From a virus, in IMG/VR virus record IMGVR_UViG_3300037149_000094, positions 4,944-68,943 of that record: a stretch of 64,000 nucleotides of DNA, one strand, 5' to 3'. This document shows positions 34,893 to 42,816 of the stretch, in pieces. The notes under the pieces are model-generated. The model worked only from the letters and a program-made list of their open reading frames with translations. It did not search any database and was not told where the DNA came from. A program made the translations under genes and the position numbers. Positions within the stretch are counted from its first letter, which is position 1. Each line of letters begins with the position of its first letter.

Positions 34893-35395
34893 CAGAACAG
34901 GAGCAAATTCAAGCAATTTACGACGCCTATCCGCGCAAGGTCGGACGCCGAGCTGCGCTCAAGGCCATTGAGAACGCCGTCAAACGTATCGTCACGCATG
35001 GGGGGAATCTTCTTGCTGCGGGGCTAGCTGCGGGGCTAGACCTAGAACCTCTGAGTTGTCGAAGATGGCTGTACAAACGCACTGCAGAATACGCCTTGAG
35101 TCCCGCAGGTCAAAAGCCATCCGACCCGGCGCAGGACTTCAGGCCGCACCCGTCCACATGGTTCAACCAAGACAGATTCTTTGACGATCCTGCCGAATGG
35201 CAGAAACCCAATGGGGGAAGCAATGGAAAGCAGATTGGCACGAAAGCAGCCAGGACAATTGATGCAGTCAGAGCGGCTATCGCCAAAGCAGCAGATCATG
35301 GCGGCTCTCGGGATGCTGGCGATCATGAGGAACGGCGAATACAACGAAGCGACTCTGGAGATATTTGCAGCAGGACTATTAAAGGAACCATTTGA
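34889..35395 (+). CDS. Phage replication initiator / replisome-organiser C-terminal-type domain
   Basis: YPRKVG..AA.KA and PHPSTWFNQDRF.D motifs. Confidence 0.7.
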   Translation: MTEQEQIQAIYDAYPRKVGRRAALKAIENAVKRIVTHGGNLLAAGLAAGLDLEPLSCRRWLYKRTAEYALSPAGQKPSDPAQDFRPHPSTWFNQDRFFDDPAEWQKPNGGSNGKQIGTKAARTIDAVRAAIAKAADHGGSRDAGDHEERRIQRSDSGDICSRTIKGTI

Positions 35396-35744
35396 GGATG
35401 TGATTGCGACCATCCAGGAGATTGCTGAGAGCCCACGGCGTGAGCGAGAAACGGCCTGCCCAGACTACGGCACGCTTCTGGTGGCCATCCGGTCCATCCG
35501 ACACCCGCTGCGGCACCTACGTGAGATTGTGGCCCGTCTGGCGCGTATCTATGGCGTCACAGTAGATGAGGAGATGCTCTTGGAGTACGAGGCTGAGGCA
35601 GGACACAGAACAGATGAGGACCTAGACAAGGCTCTTGGGGTCCTGCGAGGGGACGAGACGATCAGGAAGATGCCCACACCCGCATATTTCCGGTACGCCT
35701 GCGGGACTCCAAAGGTCTACCGGGATGGGACGAGGCCGGAATGA
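35223..35744 (+). CDS. Putative helicase loader (lambda P / G39P-like position)
   Basis: Overlaps the initiator 3' end; duplicated helical unit ending CPD/MPTPA; precedes DnaB. Confidence 0.5.
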   Translation: MESRLARKQPGQLMQSERLSPKQQIMAALGMLAIMRNGEYNEATLEIFAAGLLKEPFEDVIATIQEIAESPRRERETACPDYGTLLVAIRSIRHPLRHLREIVARLARIYGVTVDEEMLLEYEAEAGHRTDEDLDKALGVLRGDETIRKMPTPAYFRYACGTPKVYRDGTRPE

Positions 35745-37084
35745 AGCAAGACCTCACACTCGACGCAGGTTTGCCGTGCAATATCGACGCAGAACGAACG
35801 CTGCTCGGAGCTGTCTTATTGGACAACTCCGCGTGGGAAGAGATTCGCCAAGGCCTGAAGTCGGACGATTTCTCTCTCGACAGCCACAGACGTATCGCCA
35901 AAGCCATCGGTGGCCTGATGAAGAACGGCCATGCTGTCGACATTGTTACGCTGGCCAATGAACTGAACGCACGACATGAGATTGAAGCGATTGGAGGAGT
36001 AGCTTTCCTCGCATCATTGACCGAGGGCCTTCCGCGCAGACCCGTGATCGACGAGTATGTGGCTATCGTGAAGGATCGTAGTGTCCTGCGGCAGCTCATG
36101 GCGAGATGCTCGGCAGCAATCGCGCGCGCTGCAGAACAGGATGAGACAGGACTCGAAGTAACTGCTGACCTGATGGGTCAGTTAGAGAAGTTGACGACTC
36201 CCAGCCAAAGCGCAAACAAGGCGCCGGTTCAGAACTTCATTGTTGAATCGCTGGCTGAGATCAACCGGGAGTACGCCGAGAAGTTGAGCCCGTGCATCCC
36301 AACTGGAAACGCATGGTTGGACTCGAAGATGGGTGGTGGATTCCGCCAGGGGCACATCACGATCATCGCGGCGAGACCAAAGATCGGGAAGACGGGCATG
36401 GGTGTAAGCGCCATGGCCTACAACCTCAAGCGCGGGCGGCGAGTTGTGATGTTCTCGCTGGAGATGGAGAAGCTGGAGATTCTGAAGAACCTCGTTCCCT
36501 ATGTAGTGGATCTTCCAAACATCGTAGTCAGCCGGCCGTGGCTCCAGACTCCAGAGCAGAACAGGCTTGTCAATGAAGCTATGAACACCATCGTGGAGTG
36601 GCCCCTGAGCGTCTACGATGGCGATATGGACTGTGACGAGGTCTGTTGGACCATCGACCGGGAGACGCGCAAGGGAGATGAGGTTCTGTTCGTCTTGGAC
36701 CACTTTGGTTTGATGACTGGAGCCGAGAAAGACATCCGCAAGCGGTATGTTGAGAACTCCGACCGGCTCCGCAGAAAGATGAAACACAAGCGAGCTGCTT
36801 TATTGTCGCTGTTCCAATTGAATGAGGTCCCGCGGGAGTACGCAGACAAGCGGCCGCAGCCTGGGGACATTGGCGAGAGCAAGAAGCCATTGCAGGATTG
36901 CTTTGCCATGATTCTGCTGCACCGCTATCAAGACAAAGAGACGTTGAAGATGACGAAGAAGGCGAACATCAACCTGGCACTCCTCCGGGGTGGCGGGTCA
37001 TCGGGAAATGTGGACTGTGATTTCGACAACCGTCGTCTCTGTTTCAACGCAGAGGCAGAATTGGAAATGGACTGCTATCAATGA
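35741..37084 (+). CDS. dnaB: Replicative DNA helicase, DnaB family
   Basis: DAERTLLGAVL, IIAARPKIGKT, FSLEM, VLDH, QLN, RPQ..DI.ES motifs. Confidence 0.92.
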   Translation: MKQDLTLDAGLPCNIDAERTLLGAVLLDNSAWEEIRQGLKSDDFSLDSHRRIAKAIGGLMKNGHAVDIVTLANELNARHEIEAIGGVAFLASLTEGLPRRPVIDEYVAIVKDRSVLRQLMARCSAAIARAAEQDETGLEVTADLMGQLEKLTTPSQSANKAPVQNFIVESLAEINREYAEKLSPCIPTGNAWLDSKMGGGFRQGHITIIAARPKIGKTGMGVSAMAYNLKRGRRVVMFSLEMEKLEILKNLVPYVVDLPNIVVSRPWLQTPEQNRLVNEAMNTIVEWPLSVYDGDMDCDEVCWTIDRETRKGDEVLFVLDHFGLMTGAEKDIRKRYVENSDRLRRKMKHKRAALLSLFQLNEVPREYADKRPQPGDIGESKKPLQDCFAMILLHRYQDKETLKMTKKANINLALLRGGGSSGNVDCDFDNRRLCFNAEAELEMDCYQ

Positions 37085-37443
37085 GCTACTTCACCATCAA
37101 GCGATACGCGCCGATCAAGAGGAAGCGGGACAAGCCGCGCCGGGGAGAGCCGACCAAGGAGGAGAAGGAAGCCGCACGGGTAATCTGCTACTCACGCGCC
37201 AACGGCATGTGTCAGCTTCACGTCAATGATCAATGCCTTGGATATGCTCCATTGAACGCGCAGGATGATGACGAGCACCAAGGCCAGTTATGCCACCTGA
37301 AGAGCAAGCGTAGATTCGGGTGGTTTGAGTCGGAAGCAACCGGCCAAAAGCATTTATGGGGCTGCTTCAAATGCCACCAAGCAAGTCACAACTGCGGTGG
37401 AAGGCCGCTCTCAACCAACACCACCAATAGTGAGGTAAGATAA
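37081..37443 (+). CDS. HNH-like Zn-binding protein
   Basis: R..G.CQ....C.G...H.KS...G.....C..CH. Confidence 0.55.
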   Translation: MSYFTIKRYAPIKRKRDKPRRGEPTKEEKEAARVICYSRANGMCQLHVNDQCLGYAPLNAQDDDEHQGQLCHLKSKRRFGWFESEATGQKHLWGCFKCHQASHNCGGRPLSTNTTNSEVR

Positions 37444-37447
37444 GCCC

Positions 37448-37786
37448 ATGAATACACCAGCTTTCAAACCAGGCGGAAACCGCTATCTCATTCTCCCCGA
37501 TCAACTGCCAGAGGAAACCGAGACCATCGGAGGTATCACTCTCACCAAAGTTCACGATCCCAGCAAACTTGCCATCGAGGGAACCGTCGTCGCCAAAGGA
37601 AAGTCCTGCATCGATTACGAACTGGGCGACAAGGTGGCTTTCGGAAAGTTCTCCGGCTACGACCTTAAACTCGATGGGGTCGATTACAAAATCTTCCAAG
37701 AAAACGAGATTTTCGGAACTGTCCTTGCCACACCTTTTGACGATGATTCACCGTCACTGCCGCTCGTGATGGGCGAGATCGTCTAA
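37448..37786 (+). CDS. groES: Co-chaperonin GroES
   Basis: P.G.R.LI, ET.GGI mobile loop, GTVVA.G, GDKV.F.KFSG..LK.DG..Y. Confidence 0.9.
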   Translation: MNTPAFKPGGNRYLILPDQLPEETETIGGITLTKVHDPSKLAIEGTVVAKGKSCIDYELGDKVAFGKFSGYDLKLDGVDYKIFQENEIFGTVLATPFDDDSPSLPLVMGEIV

Positions 37787-37843
37787 CTCTCAACCGCCAA
37801 CCGCTCCACCAACCGCCAAGCACCAACAGGAGAAACAGCCGCC

Positions 37844-39622
37844 ATGGCAATCACGATCAAGACAGGGAAGGAAGCTCGCGCCGAGATCCTTTCAGGAGCA
37901 ACGCAACTCAACCAAGTAGTCAGTTCGTCTCTCGGTCCTGCTGGACGCTGGACGCTCTTCCGTCACGGGAACATGGTTGTGCTCAGTAAGGATGGCGTGA
38001 CGCTGGCCAACGAGGTCAACCTCCCCGGCGTCTACGAGTCCATGGGAGCCGACCGGCTCAAGGGCGCCGCGCGCCAGGCAGTCGACGAGGCTGGCGACGG
38101 GACAACTACAGCCGTCCTGCTGGCCCACGCCATCCTTGAGGCAGGACACAAAGCCATCGAGGCCGGTGCAGAGCCCGTGAAGCTTACTCGCGGCATTGAC
38201 CGGGCACGCAAGGCCATTGTAGGCGACTACGACATGAAGGAACGGAAGTTCACTGGCGGCATTCTTGAGTCGCTGGCCATACCCTGCACTCCGGAACTGG
38301 CATTCCAGGCGGCACGGATCAGCGCCAACGGAGACGACGCGATCGCCAAAGCTGTCTCCGAGGTTGTGCTGAAGGTTGGCGCCGACGGCGATGTGACGTT
38401 CAACAAGAGTTTCTCCCAGCACCATGAAGTCGAGTTCCAGGAGGGTCTGGGATTCAACTCAGGCTGGGCGCATCCCATATTCATCAATGACCCACAGCGC
38501 AATCGGGCGCTCCTCAGCAATGTGTTGGTGCTGGTCCTGAACCGACATCTGAACACTGCCGACGAAGTGATGAACATCATGCGCAAGGCGGCGACACGGG
38601 CAGCCAAGCAGGACGAGGGCGACAATGAGCCCTTTGCCATCCTGATCATCGCCGACGACTTCACGCCTGAAGCGCTACGCCAGCTTGTGATGCACCGCCA
38701 GCCGGCCCAGCTCGATCCCAGGACCGGGAAGAACATCGGCGGCGACGGGCTGAACATTGTGGCCGTACGGGCCCCGCTCTTCAAAGACGCGCGCCGAGAC
38801 ATGCTGGATGATATCTGCCTGCTCACCAAAGCAACCCGGATCGAGAACCCGCATGGGAAGGCCTACGAATCGATGAGCGCAAGCTCGTTTGGACTTGCAC
38901 AGCAGGTCACCGTTACCCAGAGCAGAACAACGATCACCGCAGGACTCGCAGACGCCGAATATCGTACCAGCACTATCGATCCCTACTTGGCACGTCTGAA
39001 GGCAATGGGAGAGGACACGACTTTGCGTCCTGACCAAGTGGCGAACTTGAAAGGGCGAATCGCAGCGCTGACCGGCGGCGTGGCTGTGATCAAGATCGGT
39101 GGGACTTCCGACAACGAAGTTGAGAAGCTGCGTTTCCAGGTCGAGGACGCTCTCCACGCAACACGGGCAGCCGTCTCAGAGGGGGTCGTACCGGGTGGGG
39201 GAAGTGCGCTGTTGTTCGCACGTGACTTTGCAGCCGACGTCGACGATCTCATGGCAGACAAAGACGAGATCGCCGGATACAGGCTTTTGCTGGGATGCCT
39301 CATCAAGCCGGTCCAGCAGATCGCTGCAAATGCTGGGATTATGGATGACGTCGTGCAAAACATCCAAGAGCGCGATGATCTGTTGCGTGGGCAGGAGAGA
39401 GGATTCGAACATTCCTGCCGCTGTGGTCTGGATGCTTCCACTGGTGAATATCTCAACAACATGATCGAGGCCGGTATCGTGGACCCGCTTCGAGTCGTCC
39501 GCTCGTCACTCAACGCCGCGGCAAGTGAAGCCTGCTTGCTGCTGCTCACCGAAGTGGTTCTCGGAGCGATTCCCCAACCGCCCCAGCAACAGCCGATGGG
39601 ACAGCCCGGAGGCTATCGGTAA
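37844..39622 (+). CDS. groEL: Chaperonin GroEL (divergent)
   Basis: SLGPAGR, KDGVTLA, AGDGTTTA, GGVAVIKIGG, VEDALHATRAA..EGVVPGGG, GIVDP. Confidence 0.95.
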   Translation: MAITIKTGKEARAEILSGATQLNQVVSSSLGPAGRWTLFRHGNMVVLSKDGVTLANEVNLPGVYESMGADRLKGAARQAVDEAGDGTTTAVLLAHAILEAGHKAIEAGAEPVKLTRGIDRARKAIVGDYDMKERKFTGGILESLAIPCTPELAFQAARISANGDDAIAKAVSEVVLKVGADGDVTFNKSFSQHHEVEFQEGLGFNSGWAHPIFINDPQRNRALLSNVLVLVLNRHLNTADEVMNIMRKAATRAAKQDEGDNEPFAILIIADDFTPEALRQLVMHRQPAQLDPRTGKNIGGDGLNIVAVRAPLFKDARRDMLDDICLLTKATRIENPHGKAYESMSASSFGLAQQVTVTQSRTTITAGLADAEYRTSTIDPYLARLKAMGEDTTLRPDQVANLKGRIAALTGGVAVIKIGGTSDNEVEKLRFQVEDALHATRAAVSEGVVPGGGSALLFARDFAADVDDLMADKDEIAGYRLLLGCLIKPVQQIAANAGIMDDVVQNIQERDDLLRGQERGFEHSCRCGLDASTGEYLNNMIEAGIVDPLRVVRSSLNAAASEACLLLLTEVVLGAIPQPPQQQPMGQPGGYR

Positions 39623-39627
39623 ACAGT

Positions 39628-39775
39628 TCATGGGGCGGCGTGGAAGTCGTAGACACGTTCCGACCGGGTGCTTTAATCCGTTAGGTGCTCCCGTAAAGTC
39701 GGGTAGGCCCGTGAAACCCGGATTCAACGCGACCAAGGAAACAAGGTAAGCCGGGGTTACGTCCGGCCCCCATGA
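39628..39775 (+). ncRNA. tRNA-like structured RNA, copy B
   Basis: Same architecture as 28891-29028 with compensatory changes. Confidence 0.6.
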
Positions 39776-39840
39776 TTCAACCGCCAACCCGGCAGGACTC
39801 TGATGGGTCCTGTCAAACTCTCTGAAGGGAGAATAATTCC

Positions 39841-40221
39841 ATGGACCAAGACACTTTCCCTGTGAAGATGCAGGACTTGATTGATCTTTCTATGAAGGTG
39901 GCCGAACATTGTCCCGATCTGGAGATTTCACCGGATGCGACAATTCGGAGCGCCATCACGACTATCAATCGTGCCCACGATGTTCCTGCTCCTCCTGCTC
40001 CAGAGCCGTCTGATCTTCTGCCACATCAGCAAAGAGTGGTGGACGAGAAGACTGCTCTCGAAGAGAAGCTCGGCAAGCTCCGGTCGTTCTTCAACAGTTC
40101 GACCTATGCTGCGATGGCTGGAACTCAAAGCGGGCGCGATGAGCAGGACCGGCTCAATGAACAGGCCGACGTTATGGACAAGTATATTGCCATCTTGCGC
40201 GACCGCATCGCAGCGTTCTAG
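39841..40221 (+). CDS. Protein with crAss001_48-like C-terminal helical domain
   Basis: PHQQRVVDEK..L..KL.KL..F...Q...M..Y..IL..RIAAF. Confidence 0.7.
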   Translation: MDQDTFPVKMQDLIDLSMKVAEHCPDLEISPDATIRSAITTINRAHDVPAPPAPEPSDLLPHQQRVVDEKTALEEKLGKLRSFFNSSTYAAMAGTQSGRDEQDRLNEQADVMDKYIAILRDRIAAF

Positions 40222-40234
40222 CCAACCGCAAGAC

Positions 40235-41440
40235 TCACCGACCGTACATCCCACGGCGCTTTCTCAAGTCAACAGAGACGGCGCCGTGTTTCTTTGTAGG
40301 CCGTCCCTGTGCGTCCAGCTTCCCCTGTCGTGCCAGATCGCTCATCATCCACCGGCTGGCAATCTGTGCAGTCATGGGGTCCTTCCCTTCGATGGCGGCC
40401 GCTAAGGCCTCGTTCGGGTCAATCGCCGCAGAATTGCGCAGGGTTCCCAGGATTTCCTTAAAAGCATCCATCGCGTGGTTGTTTTTATTGACCAAAGACT
40501 CTGACGGGTTCTTTGTAAGCAACTGCCGACTGGTCATCTCTACTCGCTTGGCGCGCTTCATCTCCCACAACAGATTGGGACAGTCGAACTCGTGCAGGCC
40601 AGGCTGAGGACGTTCGCTCGGGTATCGACACACGATGAACAGACGGGGTTTGAGTCCTGTTGGGTGCCCGTCCAAGGTTGAGATACCCCTCCACCAGTCG
40701 GACATCACCCACTCCACGAATGTCACATCAGAGCGCACGCCATCATAAGGCGTCATCTTCCACATGTTGTTTTTCTTGTAGGTCTGGTAGATGTTGGTCG
40801 GCGCGCCTTTGTCGGTGGCCACGGAGTCATAGAAGATGGACGGATCAGCTTTGATCCAGCGCGCCCGCTCCAGGTCAGGCATCTTCTTCATGACCTTGAC
40901 GTTCTCATCTACGTTGTTATTCCAATCGGCCGATCGATAGCGGTAGAACTCTCCGGCTAGGTACAGTTCAGGAGGATTCTTGGCTCCTGTGACGGGATTG
41001 ATCGTCTCTTTGGGGACGTAGCCCTTGAGCAACGCCGTGGCATTCGTGACGCCATGATCGAACCCAGCCACAATGTCTGGGTTGGCTGGCATGTAGGGCG
41101 GCCCCGGGTACCAGTTCGGGTCAGAGATCACGACAATCTGGTAAAGCTCCTCATTGCCCAGGATGGAACCGAAGACAGCCTCCCCTCCGGTGGCGTAGGG
41201 GTCCATCTCCTGCTCTTTCTTCCAGCGTGCCGGTGACGCATAACGGGAGGCGTTTTCCTCGTACCATTTCGCGCCTTTAGGCGTCTCTGGATCACGGTCA
41301 GGTACGGCAGAGTAATGCAGACTCATGATTGTCAAGCCGTTTTTTTTGCGCCTGACCGTTACTCCTCTGATTACCTCTATACGAGTCTGTGGCGGGACTC
41401 CTTCGAGTTTGTTGAGGGCGTTCTCCAGTTTGGTCGGCAT
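40235..41440 (-). CDS. Terminase large subunit, C-terminal part (lid and RNase H-like nuclease)
   Basis: LHYSA.P, W.KEQE, GFDHG..N.TA, ADPS, NHAMDA acidic catalytic motifs. Confidence 0.8.
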   Translation of the reverse strand: MPTKLENALNKLEGVPPQTRIEVIRGVTVRRKKNGLTIMSLHYSAVPDRDPETPKGAKWYEENASRYASPARWKKEQEMDPYATGGEAVFGSILGNEELYQIVVISDPNWYPGPPYMPANPDIVAGFDHGVTNATALLKGYVPKETINPVTGAKNPPELYLAGEFYRYRSADWNNNVDENVKVMKKMPDLERARWIKADPSIFYDSVATDKGAPTNIYQTYKKNNMWKMTPYDGVRSDVTFVEWVMSDWWRGISTLDGHPTGLKPRLFIVCRYPSERPQPGLHEFDCPNLLWEMKRAKRVEMTSRQLLTKNPSESLVNKNNHAMDAFKEILGTLRNSAAIDPNEALAAAIEGKDPMTAQIASRWMMSDLARQGKLDAQGRPTKKHGAVSVDLRKRRGMYGR

Positions 41441-41444
41441 GGTC

Positions 41445-42203
41445 CTACGTCATCTCCGCATCATTGTTGTGATCCCAGAATGGTCCCATGTTCGAGGTCG
41501 AGTTCATGATGATCTTCGGCGTGCCGGCGGCCATGGCTTCATCGAAAGCTGTCATGGCGTCTGGCTGGAAAGCGGATTCGTCGGAGAAGAATCCCCAGGG
41601 ATGGTAGGCCCTGATCTTACCCTCTCCCGACGGCAGGACAAACATTACGCTGGACCCGACGCGGAACTCGTTCATCGGCTGCTTGTCGGTTGGCTTGGGA
41701 AGTGGGAACTCGTCTTTGAGCCATTGAGGCTGCGAGTCATAGAGTTGCTTGGCATAGGTGATGACCTCCGAGCCCTTCTCGTCAGTGATCGTCTGTACGG
41801 CTATTTCTCGCTCATCTACCAACATGCACTGGAGGGTCAGATAGGCGGTGATCGCCCAGGTGACCATCATGGTTCTGCTTTTCTCGAAAATCTTCACCCG
41901 GTTGGCATCGTCCTCCAGGTACTCGAAGACGACAGGAAAGAACGGCCAATCAGGGAAGGGCTCCCATGGCGTCGGCCGCTTCTGCTCTTTCCAGTGCTGG
42001 TTGAACGTCTTGGTGTACCCGGTGGCCCAGGTGAGAGTGTCCTTGGTAGCAGCGCGCACTTCATCGGCCCGTTTGCGCTGCTCGGTGTCTGTGAGTTTGT
42101 TCTCTGATCGGACGGCTCTGTCGAATGCTTCCTGCTGCTGCTCCAGGCGCATGGCGGCGCGCGCGGCGAGTAAAAGGTCTCTGTCTTCGGCGGCGGTAGA
42201 CAT
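41445..42203 (-). CDS. Terminase large subunit, N-terminal ATPase part
   Basis: Walker A-type KSRTMMVT, Walker B FFSDESAF, coupling motif NST. Confidence 0.8.
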   Translation of the reverse strand: MSTAAEDRDLLLAARAAMRLEQQQEAFDRAVRSENKLTDTEQRKRADEVRAATKDTLTWATGYTKTFNQHWKEQKRPTPWEPFPDWPFFPVVFEYLEDDANRVKIFEKSRTMMVTWAITAYLTLQCMLVDEREIAVQTITDEKGSEVITYAKQLYDSQPQWLKDEFPLPKPTDKQPMNEFRVGSSVMFVLPSGEGKIRAYHPWGFFSDESAFQPDAMTAFDEAMAAGTPKIIMNSTSNMGPFWDHNNDAEMT

Positions 42204-42207
42204 GCCC

Positions 42208-42810
42208 CTAGTTTACAGGTTGGGCTTTAGTTCCCTCGATGACCTTGGCGCCGCGCATAATCAGGTTCTTCAACTCTTCAGGGGTGAGATCTGCCGTGGG
42301 GTCTTTCTCTGCTCCGTAGCCAAACCGCGTGGCGAGGGTATTCAGGGCCTTGACTTGGCCGTCCACCGATCCCTTGGTACGCTCGGGGTCCAGCATGGCC
42401 AGTTCCATGAGCCGGCTCTCAATGGTCGCCCGGCAGATGCCCACCTTCCGCATGACGCGAACCTTGACCTTGGCCAGTTCCTTGATCGTCTGGTCCTGAA
42501 GCTTCTGCAGGTAGAGCCGTACCGGAGCCGACCCCATAACCTCGTTCACTTCGTCCATGCTCATGTGGAGCTGTATCGCTGCGGATTCCTTATCCTTCTC
42601 GATGCAGATAATCGCGCAGGCTTGCTCAATCTCGGTAAGCGCCAGGCATTCCGTCTCGGCCTGCTCGGGGCTCTTCTGGTCACGCTTCTTCAGAGGCTTC
42701 AGCTTCTCCGGCTTGCGCTTCTCCGCAGGACGCAGATCGTGGGGATGCACGCCAGGGTCAAATCCTGCTGGTCGGCGCGGCATGAGGGGCTTGGTGGGGT
42801 CTTCAGGCAT
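42208..42810 (-). CDS. Terminase small subunit (probable)
   Basis: HTH-like region, helical oligomerisation segment, DLTPEELK tail; directly upstream of TerL. Confidence 0.6.
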   Translation of the reverse strand: MPEDPTKPLMPRRPAGFDPGVHPHDLRPAEKRKPEKLKPLKKRDQKSPEQAETECLALTEIEQACAIICIEKDKESAAIQLHMSMDEVNEVMGSAPVRLYLQKLQDQTIKELAKVKVRVMRKVGICRATIESRLMELAMLDPERTKGSVDGQVKALNTLATRFGYGAEKDPTADLTPEELKNLIMRGAKVIEGTKAQPVN

Positions 42811-42816
42811 TTCCGG

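Noticed and set aside
28891..39775. Canonical tRNA or tmRNA genes
   Set aside because: No TTCRA T-loop, 7-nt anticodon loop, CCA end or tag reading frame; too short for tmRNA.
41340..41347. A8 run in the terminase nuclease gene as a frameshift site joining the two TerL halves
   Set aside because: It lies about 95 nt inside the second ORF, past the first ORF's stop, so it cannot fuse them.
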